Part shown: in pieces, positions 40,336 through 50,907 of the stretch
Position numbering within the stretch: position 1 is the stretch's first letter
How the letters are laid out: every line of letters starts with the position of its first letter
NCBI GenBank assembly: GCA_965367745.1
Contig: CBDUKG010000004.1
Coordinates: 2,197-66,196 of the forward strand
Direction: 5' to 3'
Source: an uncultured Flavobacteriaceae bacterium
GTDB lineage: Bacteria > Bacteroidota > Bacteroidia > Flavobacteriales > Flavobacteriaceae
Length of the DNA: 64,000 bases
Translations under genes and position numbers: made by a program
Notes under the pieces: generated by a model
The model's input: only the letters and a program-made list of their open reading frames with translations
Told to the model about the DNA's origin: nothing
The model's database searches: none

Positions 40336-40403
40336 AATCATGCTAAAATTTACATAAGCAAACCTATGATTTTTGTACTTTTGCAAAATAAAAAATAAAA
40401 AAA

Positions 40404-40937
40404 ATGACTGCTAAATCTAAAAAAGTATTAACATTTGACGTGTTAATTGAAATACCAAAAGGAAGTAGAAACAAATATGAATACGATTTTGCCTTACATA
40501 AAATCAGATTCGATAGAATGCTATTTTCATCTATGATGTACCCAGGTGATTATGGATTTATTCCAGAATCATTAGCTTTAGATCAAGATCCGTTAGATGT
40601 ATTAGTATTGGGTTCTGAGCCAACATTTCCTATGGTTGTTATGGAAGTAAGACCAATTGGAGTTTTTCATATGACTGATGAAAAAGGACCAGATGAAAAG
40701 ATAATTTGTGTGCCAGTTTCAGATCCAATTTGGAACAATAGAAAAGATATTCACGATTTAAACCCTCATAGATTGAAAGAAATTGAACACTTTTTTCAAG
40801 TTTATAAAGATTTAGAAGAGAAAAAAGTAGATGTTGGTGGTTGGGGAGATGCAGCGGAAGCCGAAAAAATTTACCATGAATGTATTGAAAGGTATGAAAA
40901 TAGTGAACATAAGAAAAAAAGAACATTTACAATATAA
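40404..40937 (+). CDS. ppa: soluble inorganic pyrophosphatase, family I
   Basis: EIPKGSRNKYE, YGFIP, DQDPLD, MTDEKGPDEK and FFQVYKDLE motifs. Confidence 0.97.
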   Translation: MTAKSKKVLTFDVLIEIPKGSRNKYEYDFALHKIRFDRMLFSSMMYPGDYGFIPESLALDQDPLDVLVLGSEPTFPMVVMEVRPIGVFHMTDEKGPDEKIICVPVSDPIWNNRKDIHDLNPHRLKEIEHFFQVYKDLEEKKVDVGGWGDAAEAEKIYHECIERYENSEHKKKRTFTI

Positions 40938-40963
40938 TACATAATTAATCAACGATTTACATA

Positions 40964-40996
40964 AACCATCTTTAAAAATTAAAGGTGGTTTTTTTT
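40964..40996 (+). terminator. intrinsic terminator after ppa
   Basis: AACCATCTTTAA..TTAAAGGTGGTT plus T-tract. Confidence 0.8.
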
Positions 40997-41062
40997 ATAG
41001 TTTATATTTTACTATTTTAGCGCACTTAGAAAAATTAATTAACTTAACTTATTAACTAAAGA

Positions 41063-43480
41063 ATGGAATTTATTGTAAAATTTTTACCTCTTTTTGGGGT
41101 TTTAGCACTTGTATTTGTTGTATTTAAAAATGCTTGGGTGTCTAAACAAGATGGAGGAAATGAAAAAATGACAAGGATTGCTAAACACATTGCCGATGGT
41201 GCAATGTCGTTTTTAAAAGCTGAATACAAAATATTATTAATATTTGTATTAGGGGTTGCAATTTTATTATATTTTAAAGGAACCTATGATGTGGGCTCTC
41301 ACGGAATGGTAGCAGTATCATTTATTGTAGGTGCAATTTGCTCTGCTTTAGCTGGATTTATTGGAATGAAAGCAGCTACTAAGGCAAATGTTAGAACTAC
41401 GCAAGCAGCAAGAACTTCTATAGGAAAAGCATTGGAAGTAGCTTTTGCAGGTGGATCTGTAATGGGATTAGGAGTTGTAGGTCTTGGAGTACTAGGATTA
41501 AGTTCTTTATTTATGGTATACCAATGGATGTGGCCAGGCACTGAAAATATACCAATGGTATTAAATGTACTTTCAGGTTTTTCATTAGGAGCGTCTTCAA
41601 TTGCGCTTTTTGCACGTGTAGGTGGAGGAATTTATACAAAAGCAGCTGATGTTGGTGCAGATTTAGTTGGTAAAGTTGAAGCAGGTATTCCTGAAGATCA
41701 TCCGTTGAATCCTGCAACAATTGCAGATAATGTAGGTGATAATGTTGGTGATGTAGCTGGTATGGGAGCCGATTTATTTGAATCTTATGTAGGTTCTATT
41801 ATTGGTACAATGGTTTTAGGGGCACTAATTTTAACTCCTAATTTTGGAGGTTTAGGAGCTGTTTATTTACCGTTGGTTTTAGCAGCTGTAGGAATTGTAT
41901 TATCAATTGTAGGTACATTTTTTGTGAGAGTTAAAGAAGGTGGTAGTCCGCATAAAGCTCTGAATTTTGGTGAATTTGGATCAGGATTTTTAATGATTAT
42001 TGCTTCATTTTTCATCATTGTAAAGTCTGGTTTATTACCGGCTGAATGGATATCAGATGGGGTACAATATAATGCAATGGGTGTATTTTATGCTACACTT
42101 GCAGGGTTAATTGCAGGTTTTGCTGTTGGTAAAGTAACAGAATTTTATACAGGTACTGGAACTATCCCAGTAAATTCTATTGTAAAACAATCTGAAACCG
42201 GCGCTGCAACTAATATTATTGCAGGTTTAGGAGTGGGAATGATGTCTACAATGTTTCCAATATTATTTATTGCAGGAGCAATTATGTTCTCTCACTATTT
42301 TGCAGGTTTATACGGTATTGCAATAGCAGCTGTAGGGATGTTAGCAAATACAGGAATTCAATTGGCGGTAGATGCTTACGGACCAATTTCTGATAATGCC
42401 GGTGGAATTGCTGAAATGGCTGAACTACCAAAAGAAGTGCGTCAGCGTACAGATGAATTAGATGCCGTTGGAAATACAACTGCTGCAATTGGAAAAGGGT
42501 TTGCAATTGCTTCTGCTGCATTAACAGCATTGGCATTATTTGCTGCATTTATGAAAACTGCAAATATAACATCAATTGATGTGTCTAAGCCTGAAATTAT
42601 GGCGGGACTTTTAGTAGGAGGAATGTTACCATTTGTATTTTCTGCTTTAGCTATGAAAGCTGTAGGACGTGCTGCAATGACGATGATTGAAGAAGTTCGT
42701 CGTCAATTTAGGGAAATACCACAATTACATGCTGCTTTAGAGGTAATGAGAAGACATGATTCTGATAAAACAAAATTTTCAAAAGAAGAACTAGCTATTT
42801 TTGATGAAGCTGATGGATATGTTGAATATGAAAAATGTGTTGAAATTTCTACAGAGGCTTCTATTAGAGAAATGGTTTTACCTGGTTTATTGGCTTTAAT
42901 TGTTCCAGTACTTGTCGGGTTTATTGGTGGTGCACAGATGCTTGGAGGTTTGTTGGCAGGTGTGACAACTTGTGGTGTATTAATGGCAATTTTTCAATCA
43001 AATGCTGGTGGCGCCTGGGATAATGCTAAAAAAACAATTGAAGAGCACGGAAGAAAAGGATCTGAAGCACATAAAGCTTCGGTAGTTGGTGATACGGTTG
43101 GAGATCCGTTTAAAGATACTTCAGGACCTTCTTTAAATATTTTATTAAAATTAATGTCTGTAGTTGCTTTGGTAATTGCACCTAGTATTGCTCTAGATGC
43201 TGTTGATGTAGCAAAATATGCTGGAGATAAAACTCAAACTGAAGTCATTGTTAAAGTAATTAAGAAAGAGGTATTGGTGACTATGGAAAGTAATGATGAC
43301 GGAACTGTAAAGGCTACTGTTACTACAACTACTATAGAAAATGATGAAGAAGTTGTTGTAGAAATAGTTTTTGAAGGTACTGAAGAAGAGGTGAAATTAA
43401 AAATAGATGCTTTAGAAGATGCAGATGTTAAGGTCAAGAAAGTTGAAAAAATCAATAAAGATGTAGAAAAGAAAAACTAA
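41063..43480 (+). CDS. hppA: membrane-bound pyrophosphatase, K+-dependent, probably Na+-translocating
   Basis: [51 protein letters not shown] and [10 protein letters not shown] motifs. Confidence 0.96.
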   Translation: MEFIVKFLPLFGVLALVFVVFKNAWVSKQDGGNEKMTRIAKHIADGAMSFLKAEYKILLIFVLGVAILLYFKGTYDVGSHGMVAVSFIVGAICSALAGFIGMKAATKANVRTTQAARTSIGKALEVAFAGGSVMGLGVVGLGVLGLSSLFMVYQWMWPGTENIPMVLNVLSGFSLGASSIALFARVGGGIYTKAADVGADLVGKVEAGIPEDHPLNPATIADNVGDNVGDVAGMGADLFESYVGSIIGTMVLGALILTPNFGGLGAVYLPLVLAAVGIVLSIVGTFFVRVKEGGSPHKALNFGEFGSGFLMIIASFFIIVKSGLLPAEWISDGVQYNAMGVFYATLAGLIAGFAVGKVTEFYTGTGTIPVNSIVKQSETGAATNIIAGLGVGMMSTMFPILFIAGAIMFSHYFAGLYGIAIAAVGMLANTGIQLAVDAYGPISDNAGGIAEMAELPKEVRQRTDELDAVGNTTAAIGKGFAIASAALTALALFAAFMKTANITSIDVSKPEIMAGLLVGGMLPFVFSALAMKAVGRAAMTMIEEVRRQFREIPQLHAALEVMRRHDSDKTKFSKEELAIFDEADGYVEYEKCVEISTEASIREMVLPGLLALIVPVLVGFIGGAQMLGGLLAGVTTCGVLMAIFQSNAGGAWDNAKKTIEEHGRKGSEAHKASVVGDTVGDPFKDTSGPSLNILLKLMSVVALVIAPSIALDAVDVAKYAGDKTQTEVIVKVIKKEVLVTMESNDDGTVKATVTTTTIENDEEVVVEIVFEGTEEEVKLKIDALEDADVKVKKVEKINKDVEKKN

Positions 43481-43503
43481 ACCTTTCTTTTAAATAATAA
43501 TAT

Positions 43504-43533
43504 AAGCTCACCAATTTAATTGGTGAGCTTTTT
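43504..43533 (+). terminator. intrinsic terminator after the first membrane PPase
   Basis: AAGCTCACCAATT..AATTGGTGAGCTTTTT. Confidence 0.88.
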
Positions 43534-43766
43534 GTTTTTGGTTAAGTCTTAAAAGTTAGAATGATTATAAATAATTGCCTGAGTCATATTTTTATATATT
43601 AATTACTACCTTTATAAAGTATTTAAGACTAAATGGTGCGATTTAATTTGGAATATCCCCTAAATATAAATCAATTTCAAGAAAACCTCTTTTCTTGGGT
43701 TATCATTTTGATGTTTTATTACCTTCTGTATTTTAAACTAATCACTAATCTTTATCTTTTTAACCA

Positions 43767-46208
43767 ATGAAAAAAATTATCGCAATTTTAATTGTATTAA
43801 TGCTTCCTGCACAAATGTTTGCAAGTGAAGCAGATTTAGTAATTCCAGATGCTATCAAAGATCAATATATTTTATATTGGGGTTTTATCATTACGATGTT
43901 AGGACTGCTTTTTGGGTTTTATCAATTTATTCAGATTAAAAAAATTCGTGCGCACAAATCTATGTTAGAGGTGGCTCAAGTTATTTTTGAAACATCAAAA
44001 ACCTATTTAATTCAACAAGGAAAATTTATTTTTATTTTATTTTTATTCATTGGAACTGCCGTAGCTTTTTATTTTGGCTTTTTATCTAAAGACCCAGAAA
44101 CAGGCGAAAATTTATTTGGTGTTGTTGGAGTATTAATGATTTTAGGATGGACGATTCTCGGAATTTTAGGTTCTTATGCTGTTGCTTGGTTTGGAATTAG
44201 AATGAATACTTTGGCGAATTCACGAATGGCTTTTGCTTCATTAGAAAGAAAACCTATTAAATTACTAAACATTCCTTTAAATGCTGGAATGAGTATAGGT
44301 GTAGTCTTAATTTCTTTGGAATTAACTATGATGTTAATAATTTTACTGTTTGTGCCAGGGGAATATGCAGGTGCAAGTTTTATAGGTTTTGCAATTGGTG
44401 AATCCTTAGGTGCTTCTGCTCTTAGAATTGCAGGTGGTATTTTTACTAAAATTGCTGATATCGGTTCAGATTTAATGAAAGTAATTTTTAAAATAGGGGA
44501 GGATGACCCAAGAAATCCAGGAACAATAGCCGATTGTGTTGGAGATAATGCAGGTGATTCTGTTGGACCAACTGCCGATGGGTTTGAAACTTATGGAGTA
44601 ACAGGTGTTGCATTAATTTCGTTTATTTTGTTGGCAATTATAGATACTTCTTTACAAACGCAATTGTTAGTTTGGATTTTTGTAATGCGTATTTTAATGG
44701 TTATTACCTCTATAGTTTCGTATTGGATTAATGGAGCAATAACAAAAGCAAAATATAGTAATGTTGACGAATTAGATTTTGAAAAACCATTAACTTCGTT
44801 GGTTTGGATTACATCGCTATTATCAATTGTAGTCACATTTATTGCAAGCTATTATTTAATAGGTGACCTTGAAAATAACTTATGGATAACACTTTCAATA
44901 ATTATTAGTGCTGGTACTTTAGGTGCTGCATTAATTCCTGAATTTACCAAATTATTTACAAGCCCAAAATCAATTCATGTAAAAGAGGTTGTAGAAGCTT
45001 CCAAAGAAGGTGGAGCGTCATTGAATATACTTTCTGGTTTGGTAGCAGGAAATTTTAGTGCTTTTTGGCAAGGAATGGTTTTCTTTTTCTTAATGTTTAT
45101 TGCCTATTATGCATCAACATATGGTTTAGGAAATATTATGATATACCCTTCTATTTTCGCTTTTGGTTTAGTAGCCTTTGGTATGTTAGGTATGGGACCT
45201 GTTACTATTGCAGTTGATAGTTATGGACCAGTTACTGATAATGCACAATCTATTTATGAATTGTCTTTAATTGAAGATAATATAGAAGAAATAACTGTTG
45301 AAATAGAAAAAGATTTTGGATTTACACCAGACTTTGAAAAATCGAAATATTATTTAGAAGCAAATGATGGTGCAGGAAACACATTTAAGGCAACTGCAAA
45401 ACCTGTACTTATTGGAACAGCAGTTGTTGGTGCAACTACTATGATTTTTGCCTTAATATTGGTTATTGAACATTCTTTAGGTATTAAGCCTGAAGCAATC
45501 CTAAACCTATTAAATCCATATACTATTTTTGGATTTTTACTTGGTGGGGCTGTTATTTATTGGTTTTCTGGAGCAAGTATTCAGGCAGTTACTACTGGAG
45601 CTAGTAGAGCAGTAGCCTTTATAAAAGATAATATTAATTTAGACCCAAATGCACCTAAAAAAGCAGATCTTGAGAAATCGAGAGAAGTAGTAAAAATTTG
45701 TACTCAATATGCTCAAAAAGGAATGCTAAATATTTTTATTGCGATTTTCTCTTTTGCACTTGCATTTGCATTCTTATCTGCACCTATAGATTTTTCTGAA
45801 AGTATGAGCGATGCTGATAAATTAGTTGCAGCAGCACCAGTTTCATTATTTATTAGTTACCTTATTTCTATCGCTTTCTTTGGATTGTATCAAGCAATAT
45901 TTATGGCAAATGCAGGAGGGGCTTGGGATAATGCAAAAAAAATTGTAGAGGTTGATATGAAAGAAAAAGGAACTCCGTTGCATGATGCATCTGTAGTTGG
46001 AGATACGGTTGGAGATCCTTTTAAAGACACATCTTCCGTAGCTTTAAATCCAATTATTAAGTTTACAACCCTATTTGGCTTATTAGCAATGGAAATTGCA
46101 ATTTCGCCTTCATTTAGAGATGTTGCTCCATATTTTGGAATTGCATTCTTAATAGTAGCATTATACTTTGTTTATAGATCTTTCTATAAAATGAGAATAA
46201 GTAAATAA
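43767..46208 (+). CDS. second membrane-bound pyrophosphatase, divergent K+-independent subfamily
   Basis: GGIFTKIADIGSDLMK, DCVGDNAGD, ADGFETY, GNTFKA and [10 protein letters not shown] motifs; signal-peptide-like N-terminus. Confidence 0.94.
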   Translation: MKKIIAILIVLMLPAQMFASEADLVIPDAIKDQYILYWGFIITMLGLLFGFYQFIQIKKIRAHKSMLEVAQVIFETSKTYLIQQGKFIFILFLFIGTAVAFYFGFLSKDPETGENLFGVVGVLMILGWTILGILGSYAVAWFGIRMNTLANSRMAFASLERKPIKLLNIPLNAGMSIGVVLISLELTMMLIILLFVPGEYAGASFIGFAIGESLGASALRIAGGIFTKIADIGSDLMKVIFKIGEDDPRNPGTIADCVGDNAGDSVGPTADGFETYGVTGVALISFILLAIIDTSLQTQLLVWIFVMRILMVITSIVSYWINGAITKAKYSNVDELDFEKPLTSLVWITSLLSIVVTFIASYYLIGDLENNLWITLSIIISAGTLGAALIPEFTKLFTSPKSIHVKEVVEASKEGGASLNILSGLVAGNFSAFWQGMVFFFLMFIAYYASTYGLGNIMIYPSIFAFGLVAFGMLGMGPVTIAVDSYGPVTDNAQSIYELSLIEDNIEEITVEIEKDFGFTPDFEKSKYYLEANDGAGNTFKATAKPVLIGTAVVGATTMIFALILVIEHSLGIKPEAILNLLNPYTIFGFLLGGAVIYWFSGASIQAVTTGASRAVAFIKDNINLDPNAPKKADLEKSREVVKICTQYAQKGMLNIFIAIFSFALAFAFLSAPIDFSESMSDADKLVAAAPVSLFISYLISIAFFGLYQAIFMANAGGAWDNAKKIVEVDMKEKGTPLHDASVVGDTVGDPFKDTSSVALNPIIKFTTLFGLLAMEIAISPSFRDVAPYFGIAFLIVALYFVYRSFYKMRISK

Positions 46209-46228
46209 AATTATTATAATAATTAAAA

Positions 46229-46264
46229 AAGGCTGTCTGAAAAATGGAATATTTAGACAGCCTT
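46229..46264. repeat. AAGGCTGTCT/AGACAGCCTT inverted repeat, second copy (terminator-like)
   Basis: Same arms as 34738-34784 with an unrelated loop. Confidence 0.7.
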
Positions 46265-46408
46265 ATTATTTGCTATTGTAATAGTATAAACAATTTTCAA
46301 ATTATTTGAAATATAATTGATTTGTTAATTTGTTAAAATTCAACACTAAAAATTAAGAGTGTATTTTTTAAAAATATTGTATATTTCCAAAAAAATAAAA
46401 ATAGTTAG

Positions 46409-47716
46409 ATGAAATTTATAAGTGATCCATTAAAGAGTTTTATTAAATTAGAAACAGCTTCAAGTATTATACTTTTTTTAGTTTCAATTTTTGCCATAAT
46501 TTGGGCGAACTCATCTTATGGATATTTGTATGAAGAGATTTGGTATAAAAAATTCACAATTGGATTTATAAATTCAGATTTTCATTTATCAAAGTCATTA
46601 ATTTTATGGATTAATGATGGTTTAATGGCAATTTTCTTTTTTGTAATTGGCTTAGAAGTTAAGCGCGAAATTTTAGCCGGAGAGCTAACAACCTTAAGAA
46701 AAGCATCCCTTCCAATTTTTGCTGCAATTGGAGGAATGGCATTTCCAGTATTAATTTTCTTTCTTTTAAATAAAGGTAAAGTTGGTATGGATGGTTGGGG
46801 AATACCAATGGCTACCGATATTGCTTTTACTTTAGGAATATTAAAATTATTAGGAAAACGCGTTCCACTTGGAATAAAAATATTTTTAACGGCATTCGCA
46901 ATTGTAGATGATATTGGTGCAGTTTTAGTTATTGCTATTTTTTATAGTACAAATATTCAATGGGATTTAATTGCTTATGCAATGGTTTTATTTGCAGGTG
47001 TTTCCTTTTTAAGTTATAAAGAAGTATATTCAAAATATTTCTATTTTATTATAGGATTCATAGTTTGGTTATTGTTCTTAAAATCTGGCGTACATCCTAC
47101 TATTGCTGGAATTTTAATGGCATTTACAATTCCAATTCACAGAAAAGTAAATATTTCAGAATATTTAGAGTCTGTTAAACGACAGTTGGTAATTTTTAAA
47201 GATAATAAAGCTACTTCAAGTCAATTGCTAACAAACGATCAAATACATGCTGTTGATGCTATTGAAAGCTGTTCAGAAAAAGTACATTCTCCATTGCAAC
47301 ATTTAGAGCATACATTACATGGTTGGGTTTCTTATTTAATTATGCCAATTTTTGCCTTGGCAAATGCAGGTGTTATTATTAGTTTTAAAGGTTTAGAAGG
47401 TGCAACTCATATAGTTTTTAATATTGCTGCTGCATTGATTTTAGGGAACACTTTAGGTATCTTTTTTATGAGTTATGCTGCCGTAAAATTAAAGTTTGCA
47501 GACTTGCCAGAGAATGTAAATTTCAAGCAATTATTAGGCGCAGGGATGTTAGGTGGACTAGGTTTTACAATGTCACTATTTATTGCAAACTTAGCTTATG
47601 AAGAAGAAAGTTTAGTTGCAGCTGCAAAAATGGGAATTATTATAGGTTCTTTAATTGCTGGTTTATTAGGGTATCTAGTTTTACGATCTACTTTAAAAGC
47701 ACCAAAAAGAACTTAA
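46409..47716 (+). CDS. nhaA: Na+/H+ antiporter NhaA
   Basis: WINDGLMAIFFF, ATDIAF, AIVDD, SGVHPT, FALANAG and GFTMSLFI motifs. Confidence 0.97.
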   Translation: MKFISDPLKSFIKLETASSIILFLVSIFAIIWANSSYGYLYEEIWYKKFTIGFINSDFHLSKSLILWINDGLMAIFFFVIGLEVKREILAGELTTLRKASLPIFAAIGGMAFPVLIFFLLNKGKVGMDGWGIPMATDIAFTLGILKLLGKRVPLGIKIFLTAFAIVDDIGAVLVIAIFYSTNIQWDLIAYAMVLFAGVSFLSYKEVYSKYFYFIIGFIVWLLFLKSGVHPTIAGILMAFTIPIHRKVNISEYLESVKRQLVIFKDNKATSSQLLTNDQIHAVDAIESCSEKVHSPLQHLEHTLHGWVSYLIMPIFALANAGVIISFKGLEGATHIVFNIAAALILGNTLGIFFMSYAAVKLKFADLPENVNFKQLLGAGMLGGLGFTMSLFIANLAYEEESLVAAAKMGIIIGSLIAGLLGYLVLRSTLKAPKRT

Positions 47717-48114
47717 AATTGTTGCTTGTATTTATACTCAACAAATTTAAAATAGTTAAATAATTTATAATTTACATCCAAACCATAATTTATATTAAAA
47801 TCGTAATCAATTACGTTTTCGTAAATATTAGGGTTATAGGCTAAAGGGTTTCGAGCTCTATTATTCCATTCCATTACATAAAACTTATTTTTTGTTTCGT
47901 AATACGATTGTGAATAAAAGTTTGATGGTTTTGCAATTGTGAGTAAATAAGTTTCAAAACCAGGATCTATAATAATAATCTCGTACTCCAATTCATCATT
48001 TGCAATTCTAACTGCTCCTTCTGGGAGTTGTGTGTCCGTTTTTGTAGTTTTTGTTGTTGAACTACATCCAACAATAAAAAAAACAGTTACTAAAAAATAG
48101 ATTATATTTTTCAT
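47713..48114 (-). CDS. small lipoprotein (DUF6146-like)
   Basis: Lipobox (IVGC), EYEIIIIDPGF, YGLDVNYKL. Confidence 0.8.
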   Translation of the reverse strand: MKNIIYFLVTVFFIVGCSSTTKTTKTDTQLPEGAVRIANDELEYEIIIIDPGFETYLLTIAKPSNFYSQSYYETKNKFYVMEWNNRARNPLAYNPNIYENVIDYDFNINYGLDVNYKLFNYFKFVEYKYKQQF

Positions 48115-48262
48115 GTGTCTATGTTATTAAATTTTAACGGTCACATGCTGTTCGCTATTAAAAATTTTATTGGATAATAACCTTTTTAGCATGCTCATTT
48201 CATAATTTGTTGTTTTAATTAGTTTAATCGTTCAAAAATTATTCCAATTTATCCTTTTTAAA

Positions 48263-49186
48263 TTATTGTTTAGTGTGGATGTCAATATTTAATTTAGGAA
48301 TACCTACTACTTCAAAAGTAGCCGATGCCAATTCAACTTTTCCATTTGTTTTTGTAATTTCATCCAAAATTTCAATAAAAATTGCATTTTTTGTAAACCT
48401 TCTTTTTTTATAATCTACTACATATCTAAGATTAAATTCAATCCAATTATCAGTTAATCTTAATGATAAGGTAGATGCAACAATGGCATCTTCTATTAAA
48501 TATTTTTTCACCATTAATTTCCAATCTTCTTTTGCAATATTAGCGTATTTTGAAAGTTGAGTGTCCGCTGTTTTTTGAATAATTTTATTGGCTAGGGTAA
48601 TATCTGAGCCATATTTAATAGGAAGGTTAATTTCATCCCAAACAAATGGAAAATCTGTTGAATAATTATGAACCGCACCTTTAAAAACAAAAGAATTGCT
48701 AATTTTTACAATCCTACCATTATAATTATCACTAGAAACCCAATCTCCAATTTCCATTAAAGTAGTTTTTGTAATTCCAATATCAATTACATCTCCTTTA
48801 ATATTATTTATTTTAATTCGGTCTCCAGGTTTATACATATTTGAGCCAAATATGGCAAACCAACCTGCAATACTTAAAACTACTTCTTGCAAAGCAAAAG
48901 CTATTGCAGCACTAATTAAACCAATGGAAACTGTAAGATACTGGAAGCTTCCAGTAAACATAATAAGTATTAAAAAAATAATTACAATATAACTACTAAT
49001 CCTTACCAGCTTTTTAATGCGATAGCGATTTGTATTATCAGAAATTTTTTTATTAATACTATTTCTTATGGCCCAAGAAATTAATAGGATGATTATTAGC
49101 CAAAGGATAAATTGAGCAAATTTTATAATTAACTCACTAGATTCCCAACTTTTAAAATCTTGAATTATATTGTTTAACTCATCCAT
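48263..49186 (-). CDS. small-conductance mechanosensitive channel (MscS family)
   Basis: AIAFALQE, YKPGDRI and GDVIDIG motifs. Confidence 0.93.
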   Translation of the reverse strand: MDELNNIIQDFKSWESSELIIKFAQFILWLIIILLISWAIRNSINKKISDNTNRYRIKKLVRISSYIVIIFLILIMFTGSFQYLTVSIGLISAAIAFALQEVVLSIAGWFAIFGSNMYKPGDRIKINNIKGDVIDIGITKTTLMEIGDWVSSDNYNGRIVKISNSFVFKGAVHNYSTDFPFVWDEINLPIKYGSDITLANKIIQKTADTQLSKYANIAKEDWKLMVKKYLIEDAIVASTLSLRLTDNWIEFNLRYVVDYKKRRFTKNAIFIEILDEITKTNGKVELASATFEVVGIPKLNIDIHTKQ

Positions 49187-49240
49187 AATTTATGTTTTAC
49201 CAATTAATTTCTGGGGCATTTTACATAAGAGAAGTGTTAG

Positions 49241-50761
49241 TTATAATTTTTTTAATTCGTATAAATCTTTACGTCTGTCTTTTAAATTTCTAACACTACC
49301 AAATTGATGCAATTGTCTTAATAAATCTATATCTACATCGGCAATTAAAATCATTTCAGTATTTGGGGTAGCTTCTGCTTTTATACCATTTGCTGGAAAT
49401 GCAAAATCACAAGGTGTAAATACCATAGATTGTGCATATTGAATGTCCATATTTTGAACCTTTGGTAAATTTCCAACACTACCTGCAATTGCAACATAAC
49501 ATTCATTTTCAATTGCTCTAGCTTGTGAGCAGTTTCTAACTCTTGAATAGCCGTTTTGAGTGTCAGTTAAAAAAGGTACAAATAAAATGTCCATTCCTTC
49601 GTCTGCTAAAATTCTACTTAATTCCGGAAATTCTGAATCATAACAAATTAAAATTCCAATTTTTCCACAATCTGTGTCAAAGCTTTTTAATTCATGTCCT
49701 TTTTGAAGTCCCCAAACACGAACTTCATCTGGTGTTACGTGTAATTTTTCATACCTTTCAACAGTACCATCTCTTCTACATAAATAACCTACATTGTATA
49801 ATTTTCCATTTTGCATTTCGGGCATACTACCTGAAATTATATTTATATTGTACGAAATGGACAATTGAGAAAATTGTTTTACAATTTCTTCGGTATGTTT
49901 TGCAAGTTCTCTAATAGCTTCAGCTTCTGTTAAATGGTTGTTCTGAGCCATTAATGGCGCATTAAAAAATTCTGGGAATAGTGCAAAGTCTGATCTATAA
50001 CCTGAAACCGCATCTACAAAAAATTCTACCTGCGTCATTAATTCTTCTAAATCTTTATAAGGTCGCATTTGCCACTGAATTAACCCTAAACGGATTACTT
50101 TTTTTATTACGGAAGCTTTCTTAGATTTCTTTTCATAATAAATATTGTCCCATTCTAAAAGTACAGCATAATCATTTGAAGCTTCATCTCCTTCTAAATA
50201 ATTTTTCAAGACTTTTGTAGGATGAAAATCGTTAGAAACTTGAAAATTTAACACTGGATCGTGAATTTCTTTTCTTCTAACTTTTGCAATATATTCTTTT
50301 GGTGATAATTTATCTGAATATTTATGATAATTTGGAATTCTTCCACCAAAAGCAACGCCTCTTAAATTTAAACGCTCGCACAATTCTTTTCTATAATCGT
50401 ACAATCTTCGTCCAAGACGTAACCCTCTATATTGTGGTTTTATAAAAACATCAATTCCATATAGTACATCTCCGTCTTCTGTATGTGTGCTAAAGGTATA
50501 ATTTCCTGTAATTTCTTGATAGGAATGATGGTCATCAAAACTATTATAATCCACCATAATAGACAATGCACAACCTGCAATTTGATCGTTAATTTTTATA
50601 ACAACTTGTCCTTCTGGGAAACATTCAATTAGAGATGCTATTTGGTGTTCTTTCCAAAAAGAATTTGGCATAGTTGTATAGGAATCTATCATTGCTGCTT
50701 TAAGCTCTTGATAGTCATTTAAAGTTAAATAAGTTAATTCAATATTTTCTATATCTTTCAT
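49241..50761 (-). CDS. GNAT-domain / carbon-nitrogen hydrolase fusion protein
   Basis: N-terminal YRGLRLGRRLY acetyl-CoA motif; C-terminal FPEFF, YEKLH, ICYDSEFPE (E-K-C triad). Confidence 0.93.
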   Translation of the reverse strand: MKDIENIELTYLTLNDYQELKAAMIDSYTTMPNSFWKEHQIASLIECFPEGQVVIKINDQIAGCALSIMVDYNSFDDHHSYQEITGNYTFSTHTEDGDVLYGIDVFIKPQYRGLRLGRRLYDYRKELCERLNLRGVAFGGRIPNYHKYSDKLSPKEYIAKVRRKEIHDPVLNFQVSNDFHPTKVLKNYLEGDEASNDYAVLLEWDNIYYEKKSKKASVIKKVIRLGLIQWQMRPYKDLEELMTQVEFFVDAVSGYRSDFALFPEFFNAPLMAQNNHLTEAEAIRELAKHTEEIVKQFSQLSISYNINIISGSMPEMQNGKLYNVGYLCRRDGTVERYEKLHVTPDEVRVWGLQKGHELKSFDTDCGKIGILICYDSEFPELSRILADEGMDILFVPFLTDTQNGYSRVRNCSQARAIENECYVAIAGSVGNLPKVQNMDIQYAQSMVFTPCDFAFPANGIKAEATPNTEMILIADVDIDLLRQLHQFGSVRNLKDRRKDLYELKKL

Positions 50762-50907
50762 TTTTTAAGTAGTAAATTGTTTAAAATAAGAATAATACAG
50801 GTAAAGTGCTGTTACTATTTTTATTGTATTTACTAAGTAAAATTATACAAAATTTTTGATTTTTTAATTATTATTTTTAAAAATAAATCATGTGAAAAAT
50901 TGCAATT

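Noticed and set aside
46265-46408. nhaA-I/II or fluoride riboswitch upstream of nhaA
   Set aside because: Extremely AT-rich, with no conserved G/C core visible
48128-48199. 23-aa minus-strand ORF (MSMLKRLLSNKIFNSEQHVTVKI) between mscS and the lipoprotein gene
   Set aside because: Too short, with no motif or supporting evidence
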